DNA of 64,000 nt from Bigelowiella natans CCMP2755. Its lineage: Eukaryota > Protista > Cercozoa. Within the stretch, counting starts at the first letter, position 1; every line of letters begins with the position of its first letter. Position numbers and translations under genes: made by a program. Positions 1 through 22,341 of the stretch are shown in pieces. The stretch is taken from positions 1 to 64,000 of the forward strand of contig ADNK01003263.1 in NCBI GenBank assembly GCA_000320545.1. Direction: 5' to 3'. The notes under the pieces are model-generated. The model searched no databases, was not told the DNA's origin, and saw only the letters and a list, made by a program, of their open reading frames with translations.

Positions 1-26
1 GGGGGGGGGGGGAAGTAGAACAGCTG

Positions 27-67
<41 letters not shown>

Positions 68-192
68 TACACTGATGTTTGCCTCAGTCTCACTACCACC
101 GCAGCTAGTGAGTGAGTAATCTCTTCCATATAAGAAGAAAGACTACCTCTCTATCAACACAACACTACTAATACTACTAGAAAAGAATAACC

Positions 193-240
<48 letters not shown>

Positions 241-340
241 TTAATACTAAGCACTAGATGTTTCTAACTATCACTTAGCAAGAACAAAGAGATGACAATG
301 ATGATGACAATGATCATGATGATGATGGTACAACGAAAGC

Positions 341-372
<32 letters not shown>

Positions 373-511
373 GCGCTATTACTACTCACTACCTACTACA
401 ACTACTACAACTACAATTACTACTAATTATAATAGTAAAATTATTTTTAGATTCAGTTACGGCAAATGAAACATTCATTTATTTACTGATACGATTGATT
501 GATGATCGTAG

Positions 512-7238
<6,727 letters not shown>

Positions 7239-7559
7239 CACTATAGCGATGATTAGAGTAGTAGTTCATAGTAGTTGCTGCGTTTTTCCAAAATAAACAA
7301 GGAATTACTTAATCAAAGGGAGGGGGAAGATCTAGAAGATATTTGCAATATAAATTTTGAGAACATTCAACGTAAAAAAAAAATTTTAGGGCGAGCATAA
7401 TTTGCAAGCTGAGATGGATGCCAAAACGAATCTTGATGATGGTAATGATGAGGAGGAGGAGGAGGATCGCAAGCGATGATGCAGAGAATGGTAAGATGGA
7501 ACTTAGAAGATAGCCAGCATATGATAATAACGACATCTGCTTTCCCTTTCTTAAAACGT

Positions 7560-8460
7560 TGCCCTTAAACCAAATACGTTATAAACAGCTGTGCATGCTG
7601 CGTAGCTGTAGTCACTTGGCTAACGATATCTAGACGTCTGGACAGCCTAGACATGCAAATATAGCGTCTAGACGTCAATTCTAGCTATAAATATATAGCG
7701 GTGCATATTACATACGTAAATAGCGCGTGTATGCAGAGCAACATGTATCGTAAGCGATGTGTATAGCCGGACAATGCACATTAGCGAGCACCGTCAATCG
7801 GCAGCATCTTACGCATACCATGCGATGCAATATACGATGTAGTGTTGTATGGCCTGCGTCGGACTTCTGTGATTTCGATCGCATGCAGACGAGCGCGCTG
7901 CAACTCTAAAAATGCAAGACGAATGCACATCGGAACTAAAAAGGCGCGCATGCTGCGCTAGCTGTAGCGCTATCTAGCTATGCTGCCACCTAGCTAGCTA
8001 GTAGTTAGGCTCTAGACAGGTACATTTTTCGTTATGAAATGATTATTTTTTTCCAATACAGTCATCCTACATGTAACTAGCTATGATGTAGCAGATGCAT
8101 GTACGTCGTAGCGTTTGCATCTGCGTACCAAGCCATCACACTACGCCACGTAGCCGCATCGCATGTGTGCGTTGCAATGCCATGTAGCAGTCTGCTAGTA
8201 ACCGATCGTCTAACGTAACGATGTAAGCCATCCATGCTGAATATATTGACTAAAAATGCTAGTAGCATAGGTGTATAATAGGCTGACTGCATGTCTGTTA
8301 GATGCGATATCACAACGCACATCCTCGTCCGGGTCATGTCAGCATGCTATTTCTCGATTCTGTCAATATGCGTGTGTAAATACTAATAATGATTTTTACT
8401 TGTTGCTGCCGTTGCCATGCGCGATCGGTCGTGCTAGCGTGTGGTCAAGTAAATAGCTTG
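7560..8460. other. CTAG-rich, purine/pyrimidine-alternating intergenic island (TpA not strongly depleted)
   Basis: Microsatellite-free stretch between convergent genes, dense in CTAG, CATG, ACGT and TGCA; CTAGCTAGCTAG at ~7990. Confidence 0.65.
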
Positions 8461-8716
8461 CAAAACAATGAAGTATGTGATGACTTTATATGGTTTATGT
8501 TACTACTCTGATCCATGCTAGCATAATGACCAAATTCATGCGAGCAAAAAAGAAAAGTTGCAAATATCATTCCAAGCAGAACATATATATAGATGAACAC
8601 ACTGTGGACGATAATTGTGGACCATCACATAATAAGGGCAATACATCGCAGTGTTGAATCAAGCGAAAGCTTCAGCATCATCATAACCATCATTTTCGGC
8701 AAAGAAATTGTGGGTT

Positions 8717-11700
8717 TTATCGCTTCCTGCGACCACGTTCCTTGACTCCAAGATCGATCATTGTGCCCGAGCTGAGATTTAGTGCAGCAAATGTCTGCTG
8801 ATCCTTCAAGAATTGACCACCGTTGCTCACACGTAAACGCATTTTTTGCGGTGGCATGTCGTTGAGAAGAGTCTTGAGGCGTCCCTTGAGTGAAGTGACC
8901 TTCTCTGCCACACCAGGAAGGATCACCTCTAGCACTTGCCCATTGAATTTCCAGTTGGCTCTCTTCTCGTCAAGAGGCACCACGACTTTAATCGTCAGAG
9001 CGCCAGGATGTTGCTTGACGAAATCAGCTTCAGGTACTACTGTTGCTGCCGGCTGCTGCGGCTGCTGCTGCTGCGACGATGCAGGCATCGTCCGTTGCTT
9101 TTTCTCTGGTGGCATTCCTGAAGGAGGAGGAGGCTGATGGTGTCCTCTTGGAGGGAGGGGCATGGGCGGCTGCTGTCGCATGCCTCCTGGGGGTGGCATG
9201 GGGGGGGGACCTCGGCCTCCTGGTCCAGGAGGAAGCGGAGGCATTCCTATTATAATTATATTTATAATTATAATGATTAATTATTCTTACTTTTGAGTGA
9301 GAGTGAAGTGTGACATGACAGCAATAACAATCAAGTAATATATGATAATAATATTGATAGCAGCCATGTTTGCTCCAGTGTACGTTACTAATGAATTGAC
9401 AATGATGATGATGATGATGGTGTACTACTGCTGCTACTGCTACTACTACTACTTACTACTACTACTACTACTACTACTACTACCTGGCATGCCCATTCCT
9501 CCTGGCATAGGTGGTCGTCCAGGCATTCGAGGCATCATCCCTGGCATGGGGGGGGGGGCCTCCTCCTCCTCTTCCAAACGGAGGAGGAGGCATTCCTGGA
9601 GGAAATCCTCGACCAAAGGGTGGTGGTGCTGGTGGCATTCCAGGAGGACCTCGAAACCCTCCCCTTCCTCCCCCTCCAGGAGGCATGGGAGGTCCTCGTT
9701 GCATCATCATTGGAGGTCTAGGCATCATTCCACGACCACCTCCTACAGGTTGAGGAGGAGGAGGACCTCCCATCCTCGGCGGCTGAGGCAGACCACCGAC
9801 AGTGCTGCTACTATGGGGGGGACGATTAACCGCTGAAGAAGAGGTGGTAGTAGTAGTTGGACCCCTAGAGATCATCGACGAAGAAGAAGAAGAAGATGAT
9901 GATGATGGTGCTGGAGCTCGAGAGGATGCTGCTCCTCCGCCTCCTTTTGGTTCTGCTTTGTCCTTCTCATTCGCTGTCTTGAGTCTTGTGCGGTGTTGGA
10001 ATAAAATGCTATCGTCAGCGTCTGTTGAATCTGGGAATAACTGTTCGTCGTCCGTAGTGAAAATATCAGGCCTTTGCCTTGTAAGTCTGGCCAGGTTACG
10101 AGAGATGTCAGCATCCTGCTCGCTGATGCCTTCAGAACGTCTCGCCTCTAGTGCCTCCTTCTTTTCACGCCATTTTGGATCAAGAAGCGCAATACGCATG
10201 TGCTCCTCCATCTCGTTCACGTGGACGAGCTGGCCTGTTATCGGCGACTTCACGTACCTTAATGATAATAATCAAATAATAATAATAAAAAATAATAATC
10301 AGATTAAGAAGAAGAAGACACAGAACATCAGAGAATATGGCTACTTACTGAGTGGATCTCGTCTCGATCGTTTGTTTCACGTTTTTATCGAGTGCTGCCT
10401 GTCTGGGTGGTGGCGCAGACATAGAAGAACCACCAGCAGCAGCAGCATCTGATTTCTTATCAATGTCCATTCCTACTGTACTGGTGGTGTCGCCACTTGG
10501 AGGTCCTGGTCCGGGAGGGGGAGGAGGACCACCACCACTCGGGGCATTCAGAGCCTGCAGCATTTCGTCGTAGTCCTTGCAGGGAGGGGGAAGGTACCTG
10601 ATGTTTTACATAGAGATTCGTAAGTCAGAGAGGAATGGAGAAAGAAGGTGTGCCCAAGTTGCTGTTACTATATCATCATGTACCAATGATATATATATAT
10701 ATATATATATATATAAACATACTCGTCATCCTCCGTAGTGAAGGTAATGGTCTCTACGACGACAAAGTCATGCCAATCGATCGTTGCGAGCATGCTCTCC
10801 TCCGCTGCATCACGATCCCCAGACTTCTCTGCTTCTTCTGCTCGCCTCTTGGCCTCGTGTTTAGATTGAACGAGTACTTCGCCGTATATTGTCGCCGGAT
10901 TTGCAGCCTACATAAAACAGATAGTAGTTCGGTTGTCCCCAAAGGTCAGAAGAAACCGGAGTAAGAATGGGAAAAATATGGTTTCAAGTGAATAAATGGT
11001 CTTCATGTAGTGTGCTTCTTGTTCGTCTGACCTTCGTTCGGAGACTGTCAAGTAGCTTAGATGGCGGAATGACGACCTTAGCATAGGCATCAACGAGTTT
11101 CTGGAAGAAAGTGAAGAGAGGATGTGCTGGATTAAGAAATTCGAAAGAAGGGTTTCTCTGTTCACGAGCCGTCAAACCCGCCAGAAATTGACGACCATTG
11201 CGCGCAACAAATTGCGCGGTAAGCTTGATTATATCCACGTCAACAGGGGTCACAATCGATGGTGTCCGTACAGAATACACATTCTTTGGTGGTGGTGCTC
11301 CTCCTCCCTGCTGACCAGCTGTTTTTGCTGCTGCTGCTGCAACAGCCTTCTCATCGGCAATTTTCAGGTTGGCAAGTTGTAGGTATAACTTCTCTTTTAG
11401 AGTGCGTGTGCGTTTGGCTTCTTCTTCCTTGAGCTTTTCTTCCTCAGCACGCTTTGCTTCGGCCTCTGCTGCCTGCACGGCTTTTTTCTTCTCCTCCTCG
11501 GCCTTCTTCTTCTGTGCTTCCCCAGATTTCATCTATTATCCATGTGGCTGTATTATTTTTCTTTCTATTGTAATTCTATACGATGGAAGATGTGAAAATT
11601 ACTCTCGGATTATTCACTATGTTTCACTATGAATTAATCTATCCCTCACCTGCTGGATCATGTCCTTGTAATACTTGTGGTAGTGATTGTCTGGGAAAAG

Positions 11701-12084
11701 GAACTGGAACTGTTTATTCTTTCCATTCCTCGAAATAATCTCTCGCTCAAATTGCTCTCCCAGTCGAGCAATGAAGCTAGCTGTTCTATCCACGATAACC
11801 TGTAGATTTAACAGCGAAAAATAAATAATGCAAACCACGATGATGTTCCCTAGAAGCAGCCTGATTCCTATTCTTCAATATTTTTTATCTATTGTACCAA
11901 TCGCAGAGGGTACAAGCTACTCTTTCAGTCGCTCATCACTACCACTACCACCACCTAATTCTACCTTGATATCAGGCGGTGGAGTAATTATGCCAACTTC
12001 GGTCCCAAAGGTCTCTGGGACAGCAGCGGGTTTCTCTGCCGCCGACCCGTTCATCCCGTTGACAGTCGCAACTTCCTCAGGCAT
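8717..12084 (-). CDS. SF3A1: Splicing factor 3A subunit 1 (SF3a120/Prp21), multi-exon
   Basis: ATG at 12084 (MPEEVATV...GIITPPPDIK|VIVDRTASFIAR). Two SURP/SWAP domains (VIVDRTASFIARLGEQFE; DIIKLTAQFVARNGRQFLAGL...FEFLNPAHPLFTFF). Also SPITGQLVHVNEMEEHMRIALLDPKW, a Pro/Gly-rich linker and a C-terminal ubiquitin-like domain ending LGVKERGRRKR* at 8717. Confidence 0.96.
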
Positions 12085-12359
12085 TTTGTCTTGCCGGTCT
12101 CAAGAGCAAGACTTTCTTCTTGAGATACCGAAACTATGACAAGGACCACTCCCTGAAAGAGGAGACTGGGTTGGGGCTCGATTCGCAGTTGCGTTTGCGT
12201 GAAATGGGTGAATGCTCTTAATTTCAGACGCAACTTTCTTGTTCACGAAAGGACGATATTTTAAACAATGCCAATTTATGAAATATATTTGTTATATCAT
12301 TGACTGTGCTGTATGAACCCCTATATTCTAATTTTCATCTCTTATCCGAGAAGAGCGAT
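12085..12359. promoter_or_regulatory. Putative short bidirectional promoter (SF3A1 / THADA, head-to-head)
   Basis: Inferred only from divergent gene orientation; THADA start uncertain; no motif identified. Confidence 0.4.
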
Positions 12360-15300
12360 AATGACTGAATTTACCGCTATTTTCTTTTGGACAAAGTTAA
12401 TAACTCGGGAGATACTACAACATAAGCAACATTCTTGTCGAGTAACATTGTGAATCTTTACCTGAAAATAACGTAGAAATCCTTCTTAGTCGTATGTAAC
12501 TAACTGGGAAGTGCTTCATCACCTAACAATGCCCTTATTCTTACTTCACAATTTGGTCTTGGGGCTTGTTTTTACCGTAAGAGTTGTTGCAGAATGTTGC
12601 TGGTCATAATAAACAGTAAGTAGTTGTAGGCACAATTAAATGGATATTATTAGCTTGAATGCGATCTTCCTTTCACCGTCATCATCGTCATCCTAATTAT
12701 TTTCATGATTAAAGCTGTTGCGCTTTGCTTTATTTATAGATATATTATGGGTAAAATATTGTCGTGATACTGCTCAAGGAAAGTTACATGTGAAAGATTA
12801 GCAACTTTGAGGCAGTACAGACGTGACCTACAATGGGGGTAAGTCTTCTATCTTTCTTCAAGATTTAGGGCCTATTAGACTTACAATCATGATATGCGTA
12901 CCCTCCACTTTGCCGTGATAATCTTCTCCATCTGTCCCTGTATCTTCTAAACGATTAGAGAAAGAAGGCTCAGAGGAAAGGAACTAGCTGCTTCGATGCC
13001 CTCACACGAGCCACAGAAACAAAGGTTATGATGGTGGTGGTGGCGGTGATAGTGGTATGTATGGTGGTCTTACTGCTCTGTAAAGTTGTTGTATAACTCG
13101 ATTTTCTTCGTGGTCATAACTGCGTTGCTGCTTCAAAAGTTGTATAACTCGATTTTCTTCGTGGTCATAACCGCGTTGCTGCTTCATATTGACGATATTG
13201 TACATCATCATCCACCCTTTATTTAGGCTCCAGGACGCAAGGGTACTTTACAGCAGCGCTTCTCATCATCGTCATCAAGTGGCAGTAAGCATGGAATTGG
13301 TCCGAGGCTGCTACCGATTAAAGGGGTCCAGGTTGATTATTAGCCGTATACTGGTTTCTCTTCTCTTCGTCATTAAACTCATTACATCGCTGTTGTCCTC
13401 GTTGTAGGAATGTCTAACTCGGCTAAAAGTAGCAGCAACAGCAGCATCACCGTCACCATCATCATTGACGTCGTTATCGCCATCCTATCCTACCGTTCTG
13501 AGGGAGATATCTCAAATCTTCCAGGCGTTTTTAGAAAGTCAAACGCTCAAGGTGTTAGGCCTTCTCAGATAAACTCATATCACATTATTCAGATTTTTTT
13601 GCCAACATAAGCAATAGCAAGCTCCCCGGGTCGCTGTTAGCTAGTACAACGTGTCTCTGGTGTAACAACCAACATCTAGCCGCTTCTAATCTGATTTTTT
13701 ATTCACGACTGTAGTGGAATATCAAGAAGTAGTGTAGTCGCACTTCTTCCGATGGGTAGAAATGACCGCATTTGTGTGATGTTGTTGTTATTCTTTATCT
13801 TTACTACCTGCAGGATCAGGCTCGTAGCTTACGGTCCTTGCAAAGGGTGTTGTCTCGGGCGACAACACAGAAAATGTTACACAACAGAGAATCTTACGAC
13901 AAAGAGAAGAAAGGAGGAAGAAAAGAGCAAGAAGCTGGAGAAGTTGTTAATCCTCTCCTGGATTCAGGAATTCAAGTCGCTATATTCGATGCTCTTCTTC
14001 CTTGCATGTAAGAACTGAAACAGAACAGGATAAATTATGAGGACGCCTATCATAACGAGAACACCTATACTCGAAACAGCAGTAGATGATTCTTTGGATT
14101 GATATTAAAACCGAAATAATATTTTCATATGCCTCCTTCCTCCAAGAGCTCTGTAACAAAATAGAGCAATCTGGATGAACGCGTGGGGCAATAAATGTTC
14201 CTATTATTGCCTATTGATCCATCATCATCATTCACATCCACATATCATAATGGTAATAGTACTGCTTCCAGTATTTATTTGGAAGAAGCAAAGCACTCGC
14301 GTGTGCGTATTATATGATTGTCAATTGTTTGATCTAAGCGGTTGTTATTTATCCATCTTCTCTTTTTCAACAATTTATTATTATTATTAGGGTGGTGGCT
14401 AAATATCCTGACACTAACTGGGGCCTAGTTCAGCCAATATGCCGCACACTTCTAGCCTGTGACTGCAGAAACCATGCTGTCAGAGCTATTCAAGATGTCT
14501 TGAGTCGAATTGCAAATAATGGAATAATTAAAGGAGGAGAAAGAAGCCACCATTTGTGGCTTTCTGAGATAGATGCACTTCTAGAAATGAAGGATCTTTC
14601 TCAGGAAGCGTTACAGCATACCGGTGGGGCGGTGTTGACGGGCTTGTGCAAGACGCTCAAGCAATTACTACGCGATGATGATGATGATGATGGTGATGAT
14701 GCGGCTTTTCTCGGTGCCGATGATGATCATCAGCCACTTGGAGAACGAGGAGGAGGAGGAGGAGAACAAGATGAACGAAAGCTCAGTTACTACTACTACT
14801 AATACTACTACTACTACTACCACTACCAAAAAAAGTACTACTATCGTCATGAAAATCGACAATAAAAGTCAATTACAGTAGTAGCTACAGCAGCGAGTGG
14901 TTGTGGTGATATTATCATCATCTGTACGCATGAGAACAGTTGATGGTGTTCAATCTTGAATATAATCAGCGTGTGAACAACAACAACAGCAACAACAACA
15001 ACAACATATCTTATACAAGCGGTATTGCCGCTTGTCCTTCTTCTTCTTCTTCTTCTTCTTCTTCTATCCGATCAGATCTTTGTCTCGATATTCTATCTCG
15101 CGTTATTCTGTTGATTTCACCGAAAAAAACAACTACTAATGTCTTTCCCTACCAAGGGAATAAGGGAAAATTTTCGCCCCAACCATCGTCATCATCATCA
15201 TCTTCATATTCTCCTTCCTCATTGATACCGCATGGAAAAAGAGTAATCGTCTACTTTATCGGCACCATCAAAACAAGTGCTAGTGTCGTTGCAAGCCTTT

Positions 15301-15483
15301 TACTTTCTCTCGTAGGAATTCTCCGTAATCACCACTATTCTTCCGACCTCTACACGCACTCCGCCCTATCGCTCGTATCTTTGGTGCTTGCGCTCCATTC
15401 AGAGGACATTCATGATCATGTTGACGACGATAATGATGGCAAGACAAATGTAGTCATGTTTCTATAATTACTCGGATCAAAAA

Positions 15484-15515
<32 letters not shown>

Positions 15516-16841
15516 CACTATAATGATAATAAGTCATGTTTCTACTACTACTATTACTACTACTACTATTACCAGTGTAATAACAATAATAATACTAATA
15601 CTACTAATAATATAGTGGGTGTAGATAATAACAAGAATAAGTTATACGCAAATAATCATTGTTGTTTGAATAAAATGGTAATGATTACAGGTCACAGCAG
15701 CAACAGCAGCTGAAGATATTACAACAATAACAACAGCAAAAAGCACTACAAAAACGGTTAAAGCTCTATACGCTCTTGCTACCGGATGTGCGGTTCCACT
15801 TCCAACTTCCATCGATGCTGTTGCTGCTGCTGCTGATGATGATGACGATGATGATAGAAAAACTGATAATGACAACGCTGAGAAGAGGCAAACCAAAAGA
15901 AGAAGTATATATCTTCGAAATCTCGATCCATTTGCCAAGCTTGCGGTCATGCGCGCCATTCTCGCACAGACTCCTCCTAATATGCTTCTCATGGCTATAC
16001 AAGATCCAGAAGAAGAGACAGAAAGAAAAAAAAAAAGAAGAAAAGACAGGAAGGAGATTCAAGAGGAAAGAAAAGATACTACTTGCAAAGAAGGAGGAGA
16101 AGGAAGAGGAGGAATGGACTCTGGTGATTATTATTCACTACTTAGCGTGCTATATGAGCCTATTGCAGCAATGTGTAGCTCTCTCCAAGGCAAACTGGCT
16201 GCTACAGCTATGCGAACAATACGGTAAGTAGTAGTAGTAGTAGTAGAAGTAGTAGTAGTAGTTGAGTTGATGGTGACAAGACATATTCTTCTATTCTTCT
16301 CTTCAAATATGTGTGAGCATCATCTTCATCGGAGAATAATAATGACTAGATCGCCATCCTACTCACACTAACTACTGTCACGACTAACTACTAGATTCAT
16401 TCACAATGTACTCCTCTTAATCATTTATCATGATAATCTGTGCGTTCTTATCATCATCATTATTATTATTATTATTATTATTATTGTCGTTGTTGTGCTG
16501 TCTGTACGTTACCCCCCCCCCTCCCCCTCCCATAGATTGTGGCTCAATTGCGCCAGAGTCGTCGTTCTGGAGAAAGCTCCTACACCCATTTCTGCTGCAA
16601 CAACAAAATCAACCATCAGCAGAATGGAAATGACCGTCGAGGAAAAGCAAAGAAGTGAGGATGAGAACGAGGAGGAAGTATTAAGAGGCGTTTTTACATA
16701 TTTGAGGAGTTTGGTACGATCATTAGTCCACAAACTCCATCACGACGTGATCAGTAAAAGCTGGGAACATCCCTCTCCTATGGTTATTCACTTCATTTGT
16801 CGCTGTCGTCGTCGTCGTCGTAAATTAGAACAATAAGAGGA

Positions 16842-16882
<41 letters not shown>

Positions 16883-17855
16883 GCGCTAGCAGAGAGCCGA
16901 AAAAAAGAACAGAATAGTGAGTGAAAGAAAGTTCGTTGGTATGATAGATAATAAGAATAGTGAGTGAAAGAAAGTTCGTTGGTATGATAGATAATAAGGT
17001 GTGGATTGTTTTTGGTTGCTGTGGTGCTGTGCTGTGGTGCTGTAGGTTGTGAAGAATGTTAAGGCTCTTTATGACGTGACTCTCGATATCATCCTACAAG
17101 ATGATATAAACAAGGAGAAGATCAAGCAGCCCATAATATGGAGGTCTATGGAAGATGATTTTCCACCACCACCACATTCCTCCCAGCAGCAGCAGCAGCA
17201 GCTTGCTCTTGCCCTTGTCATGCAAGAATGCTGTGTTAGCAGCAGCAGCAGCAGCAGCAGTAGCAGTAGTAGTGGTAGTGGCATCATCATCATCATCCCT
17301 GAATGCAAGGAGGTGCCACCTGCAACGAAGGGCGTGTGCTGGCGATTTATGACTCTGATTCAACGGTCAGATTATTATTGTCAGAGACTAAAATACTTCT
17401 TCTTCTTTTTCTTCTTCGTCTTCTTCTTTGGAGCTAATAAGTCGTTACTTGTTGCTCGAGGCGGAGGAGGAAGAAGATGTTGTGGCATATAGTAGTAGTA
17501 CTAGTACTAGTACTAGTAGTAGTAGCGGTTGGTCTTTTTAGATGAAACAACTAGTAATAGTAGTAGCAGTAGTCGTAGTTGTAGCAGTAGTACTACTACT
17601 AGTAGTAGCGGTTGGTCTTTTGATGAAACACCCCCCCCCCCTACTCCTCCTCATAAGAGCTAGTTTTTTTTTTTAATACTCATCGTCAGATGTCCTCCGG
17701 AATTAATTGCGATGCCGAAATATTGTCGGCCAATTATTCGCTGGTTGTTAATGGCTGCACGAGAAAATGAAAGACGCGTATGGGGGGTATAGAAACAAAA
17801 GCCGCCTTCTTTCATGCATGCAAACTATTTACTCAGTAGCAGTATTAGTAGTATA

Positions 17856-17894
<39 letters not shown>

Positions 17895-17974
17895 CATCTT
17901 CTCACTATTACTTTATGCTCATGAAGGAGGAGAAGGTAAGAGGAGACTATCTGACAACAAACAAACGATGATGT

Positions 17975-18007
<33 letters not shown>

Positions 18008-19209
18008 TACACTACTCCGATTGTGATAATAATTATTATGCGTTGTTGTTGTTGTTGTTGTTGTTGTTGATATCGTTGCATGTACTACTATTCCGATGAT
18101 CATAGGTGGCAGCGTTGACAATCCATGCTGTGCTTAAGCGGGTGCATCTTGGTGTACTATTGAAAGGAGGAGGAGGAGGAGGAGGAGGAGGAGGAGGAGG
18201 AGCAAAGGGTGATGATGATGATGATGATGATCACCATTTCAGTCATCTCGATATACAAGCTCGAAAGCGGCGTAAAGCCACAAACCGCCGAAAAGCAAGA
18301 AGAAGAATGGGAAGAAGCTCAACGAGAGCAGCTCTTCCATCTTTATTGTCTTCTTCTTCAGCAGCAGCAGCAGCAGCAAGTATGAACGACGTGATGGTTA
18401 TCGATGATCATAGTAACCATAGCAGCACACAGAAGAATAAGAAGAAAAAGAAGAAGAAGAATGATGATGATGATAATGATGACCACAAACGACGTTGCAT
18501 TATTACCAATTCTTCAAAACGTCGCAAAGTAGATAAGGAGGAGGAGGAGGAGGAGGGTGGAGGAGAGGGAGGTGGAACTATGATGATGCCAGCACAAAGG
18601 ATCATCACCGCTGGTAGTTCTACAGCAAAACAACAGCAACATGCATGGGAACAAGCCTGGGCTCATGAGCTTCTTGCGGGTAATTCATTATTCTATTAAT
18701 TAAAATTTGATACTAATTAAATGAATGCTGGTATAATATTTGAGAAAAAGAAAAGAACAAGTGTGTTTGTACGTTTGGTTACTCTTTTTTGCTGGGATGT
18801 ACCATTATTATTGATGCAAATGATAGTAATATTGATGATGATGATGATGATGACGACGACGACGACGACACCGATAATGAAAGGCATGGTCAATGGCGGA
18901 GCGGGGGTCAGAGAAAAGATCGCCAACGATATCGTGGTCGAATAATTAATAATAAATAATAATAACAACAATAATAATAACAATAACAATTATAACTAAT
19001 AACGAATTCTGCAATGATTGATCATCTACTCCTCGAGTAATGCTAGTAGCGATGTTCTCTCTCTCTCTCTCTCTCCCTCTCTCTTTCTTCTTCGTCGTGT
19101 GGACAAAAGCATATAATGTATGCATCCAACGCGGTCCTGATAATATATATTACTAACAGACGTGGTACTCATTAGTAGGAGTACTAATCGTATGGTATAT
19201 ATTGTTATC

Positions 19210-19240
<31 letters not shown>

Positions 19241-19426
19241 ATTCTGTCAGTAATAATATGTATCATTCATTCATTCATTCGTTCTTATTTCGTCAGGGCC
19301 ACATCATGCAAAAATGGGATGAAAGTGCTGTTGATATATTGCTGCGAGAGCTCACAAAAATGGAAAAAGATGAGAGAGAGCACATGGGAAAACGTGATGA
19401 TGATCATGATGATGATGATAATTACG

Positions 19427-19460
<34 letters not shown>

Positions 19461-19830
19461 CGATCCATTATTTCGAACACGTATGGTTCTAATGTCTATT
19501 GCAAGGGCCAAGGGTAGCAGCAGGGCATATACCCTCACTTCACAATCAGAAGGAGGAGGAGGAGGAGGAACGAGAGAATCATTCTTTGTCATCAATGAAA
19601 GAATGTATCTGAGCGCGCTTTCTAGCCTGGACTCACAGGTACTATTAGATGTTATTATTGTTAGTTGTTATAATTCTAATATGCTGCTCTATTAGTGTTA
19701 AAGTCTTAAAATGCTGCTGTTGCTGCTGCCTAATTTCAACCTGCAGCACAATGGAGGGAATGTGATACATTGGCGCACAAACTACAATTTTGATGTTTTT
19801 GTTATTCTCCTCCTCATTTATTTTTGTTGT

Positions 19831-19864
<34 letters not shown>

Positions 19865-19886
19865 GGTGGTGGTGCTTCTTCTTCTT

Positions 19887-19917
<31 letters not shown>

Positions 19918-22309
19918 GGTACGGATGGAGGCCTTGAAGTTGCTCTGCACATGCAAGAAGCTATCCACTCCAATATCCTCATTGGAAGCAATGGCTTTCC
20001 AATATGTATTACCTGTAATAATCAAATCTTCCAACCCATCAGAACGGCACAAGGTGGTGCATTTAATCGTGAGATTCATTCAAAGGATGCTGCTACTCGT
20101 CTCACGTCACCGTGGGATATTATCATCATCATCATCATCACCACCACCACCATCATCATCATCACCACTGCCGTCAGCGGAAAGATCTCGCAAGTTATTG
20201 ATATGGTTGGAGAGCTTTCTCATCGAGAACATGTATCCCGGCGCGCCGATCGAGCGACAAGGCAATTCACTATTTTATCCTGGAATTTAGACCTGAATTA
20301 ATTAAAAATTAAACAGTGATGAAAGTAAAATACTTTCTCTTCCGTTGGTTGTAGATCAACAAAACGGAAGAAGAAAGAAGCTCCCATGATGGCAAAATTT
20401 CTAAACAATTTCTTAGTTTGATTCGTAATGTAATTAGTGCTTGTGAGCCTCAACAAACACCATCGATCCTTCTTCTTCTTCTACTTCTTCTTCTTCTCCT
20501 TCGTGGTCGTTGTCGTCGTGTTGTCTATTATGCGCAATTTCTACCTCCTCCTCCTCATCCTCGTATATTTCTTTTTCGTTGTACTCTCCTCATGTGTAAA
20601 TAGTGCTGTTTTTTCTTCCTTCCAGACGTGGCAGCATTTCTTAAATAAATAAAAAATATAATAGTAGTAATAATAGCAATGAATAAAAGTAGTGTTTTGT
20701 TCTTCCAACGACGATTGGAACATATGAGGAAGAATAAAAAATAGAGTACCTAACTAGTATTAGGGTTGCTGCTCTTATAATTAAGCTGCTGATTTTCACA
20801 ATATACTACTACTTTCGTTATTCATTACAGCACACATACAGAATAATTGAGTGATTGTTGATAAATTAATAAATACTTAATTAAAATTAATGATAGGATG
20901 TGCCATCGAGATCTATGCGGCATATCTGTTTGCTATTTCTGCCTCCTCCTCCTCCTCTTCCTCTCCTGTTTCGAACAAAGCTGCTAAAAATCGTAAGAGG
21001 ACCAAGAAAAAGAACAACAAGAATAAGAATAATAATACTAGCAACAGCAGCAATATGCCCAACAGAGAGGCGGGAGGGAAGAAAGGAGGGCAAGACAAAA
21101 ATGACACTTGTGATCATGGTGGTGAGTACAACAAATCACAACTCTAACTACCATTACTACCACTACTACTACTACTACAACTACTACTACTAAAATGACA
21201 CTTGTGGTGCAAAAAACAACAACAACTACTCTAACTACCATACTACTACTTCTACTACTACTTCAGCATTGCCAGGAGGACAAACAGGAGCATCGTCTCT
21301 TCTTCCTCCGTATGAGCAACAGCGACAACAAACTCATGATCAAGAGCAGCAGCATAATAATAATAAGCGTCGCCGTCTTCTTCGTGGTCTTTTCTCTTGC
21401 CTCGTGTCCAAATGGGAAAAATCTCAGGCAATCGCGTACGTAATCATCATCATCTTCTTCTTCTTCTTCTTTGACAACACAGTATTCTGATAAGTTAGCT
21501 AGTCGTCACTCATGTTTACTTATTACACCACACGATGAAGATGATCATCATTTAAAGGTACAGTGCACTTCTTACCGTCATAGAGGTTTCCGGAGATGGT
21601 ATTTCAAACAACCAAAGTGGTAGTAGTAGTAGTAGTAGTAGTAGTAGTCCACGATTTGCAGTAGCAGCAGCAGCACTGCAGCAGCAACTTCAACAACCGT
21701 TAAAAGGAGATATGCTAATGAAGTGGGGAATGCAGCTATCAGATATGGGACTACGACCTAAGGAGGTAGTAGTAGTAGTAATAGTAGTAGTAGCTATATA
21801 TATATGATGATGATGATGATGATGATCATGATGATAATGCTGTTGAAGGAGGAAAAGAACAAGAAAACAAATATGATGATGAGTCAGGAACATGATAATG
21901 TTAAATAACTATGATTTCGCAAACTACTTACTAGCACTATCTTTGCTGCCTTCTTCTCCTCTTCCTCCTCCTCAAACAAATACTTTCTACTTACTGCTGA
22001 AGGCACATGGATCTTCTTTACTGTTTCGTCTTGTAGCCAATGCCTTTGTGCGGCGCACACCCTTCCCTCTCCTCTCTCTCTATACTTTTCGCTCGGAACT
22101 TAAACAAGAGAGGGACGGCGTGGCAACCAGAACAACAATGAAAGAAAAAGAAGAAGAGAAGGACAAAATACGGTTATTCACAGCGACAATGTACTGGCTC
22201 AACGGTATTGATTATTGATTGATTGGTTGATTGATTGATTGATTGATTGATTGATCGATCGATGCTACTCATTGATTTATTTTGTCGCACTGCAGTGTAG
22301 TCAGCACGC

Positions 22310-22341
<32 letters not shown>

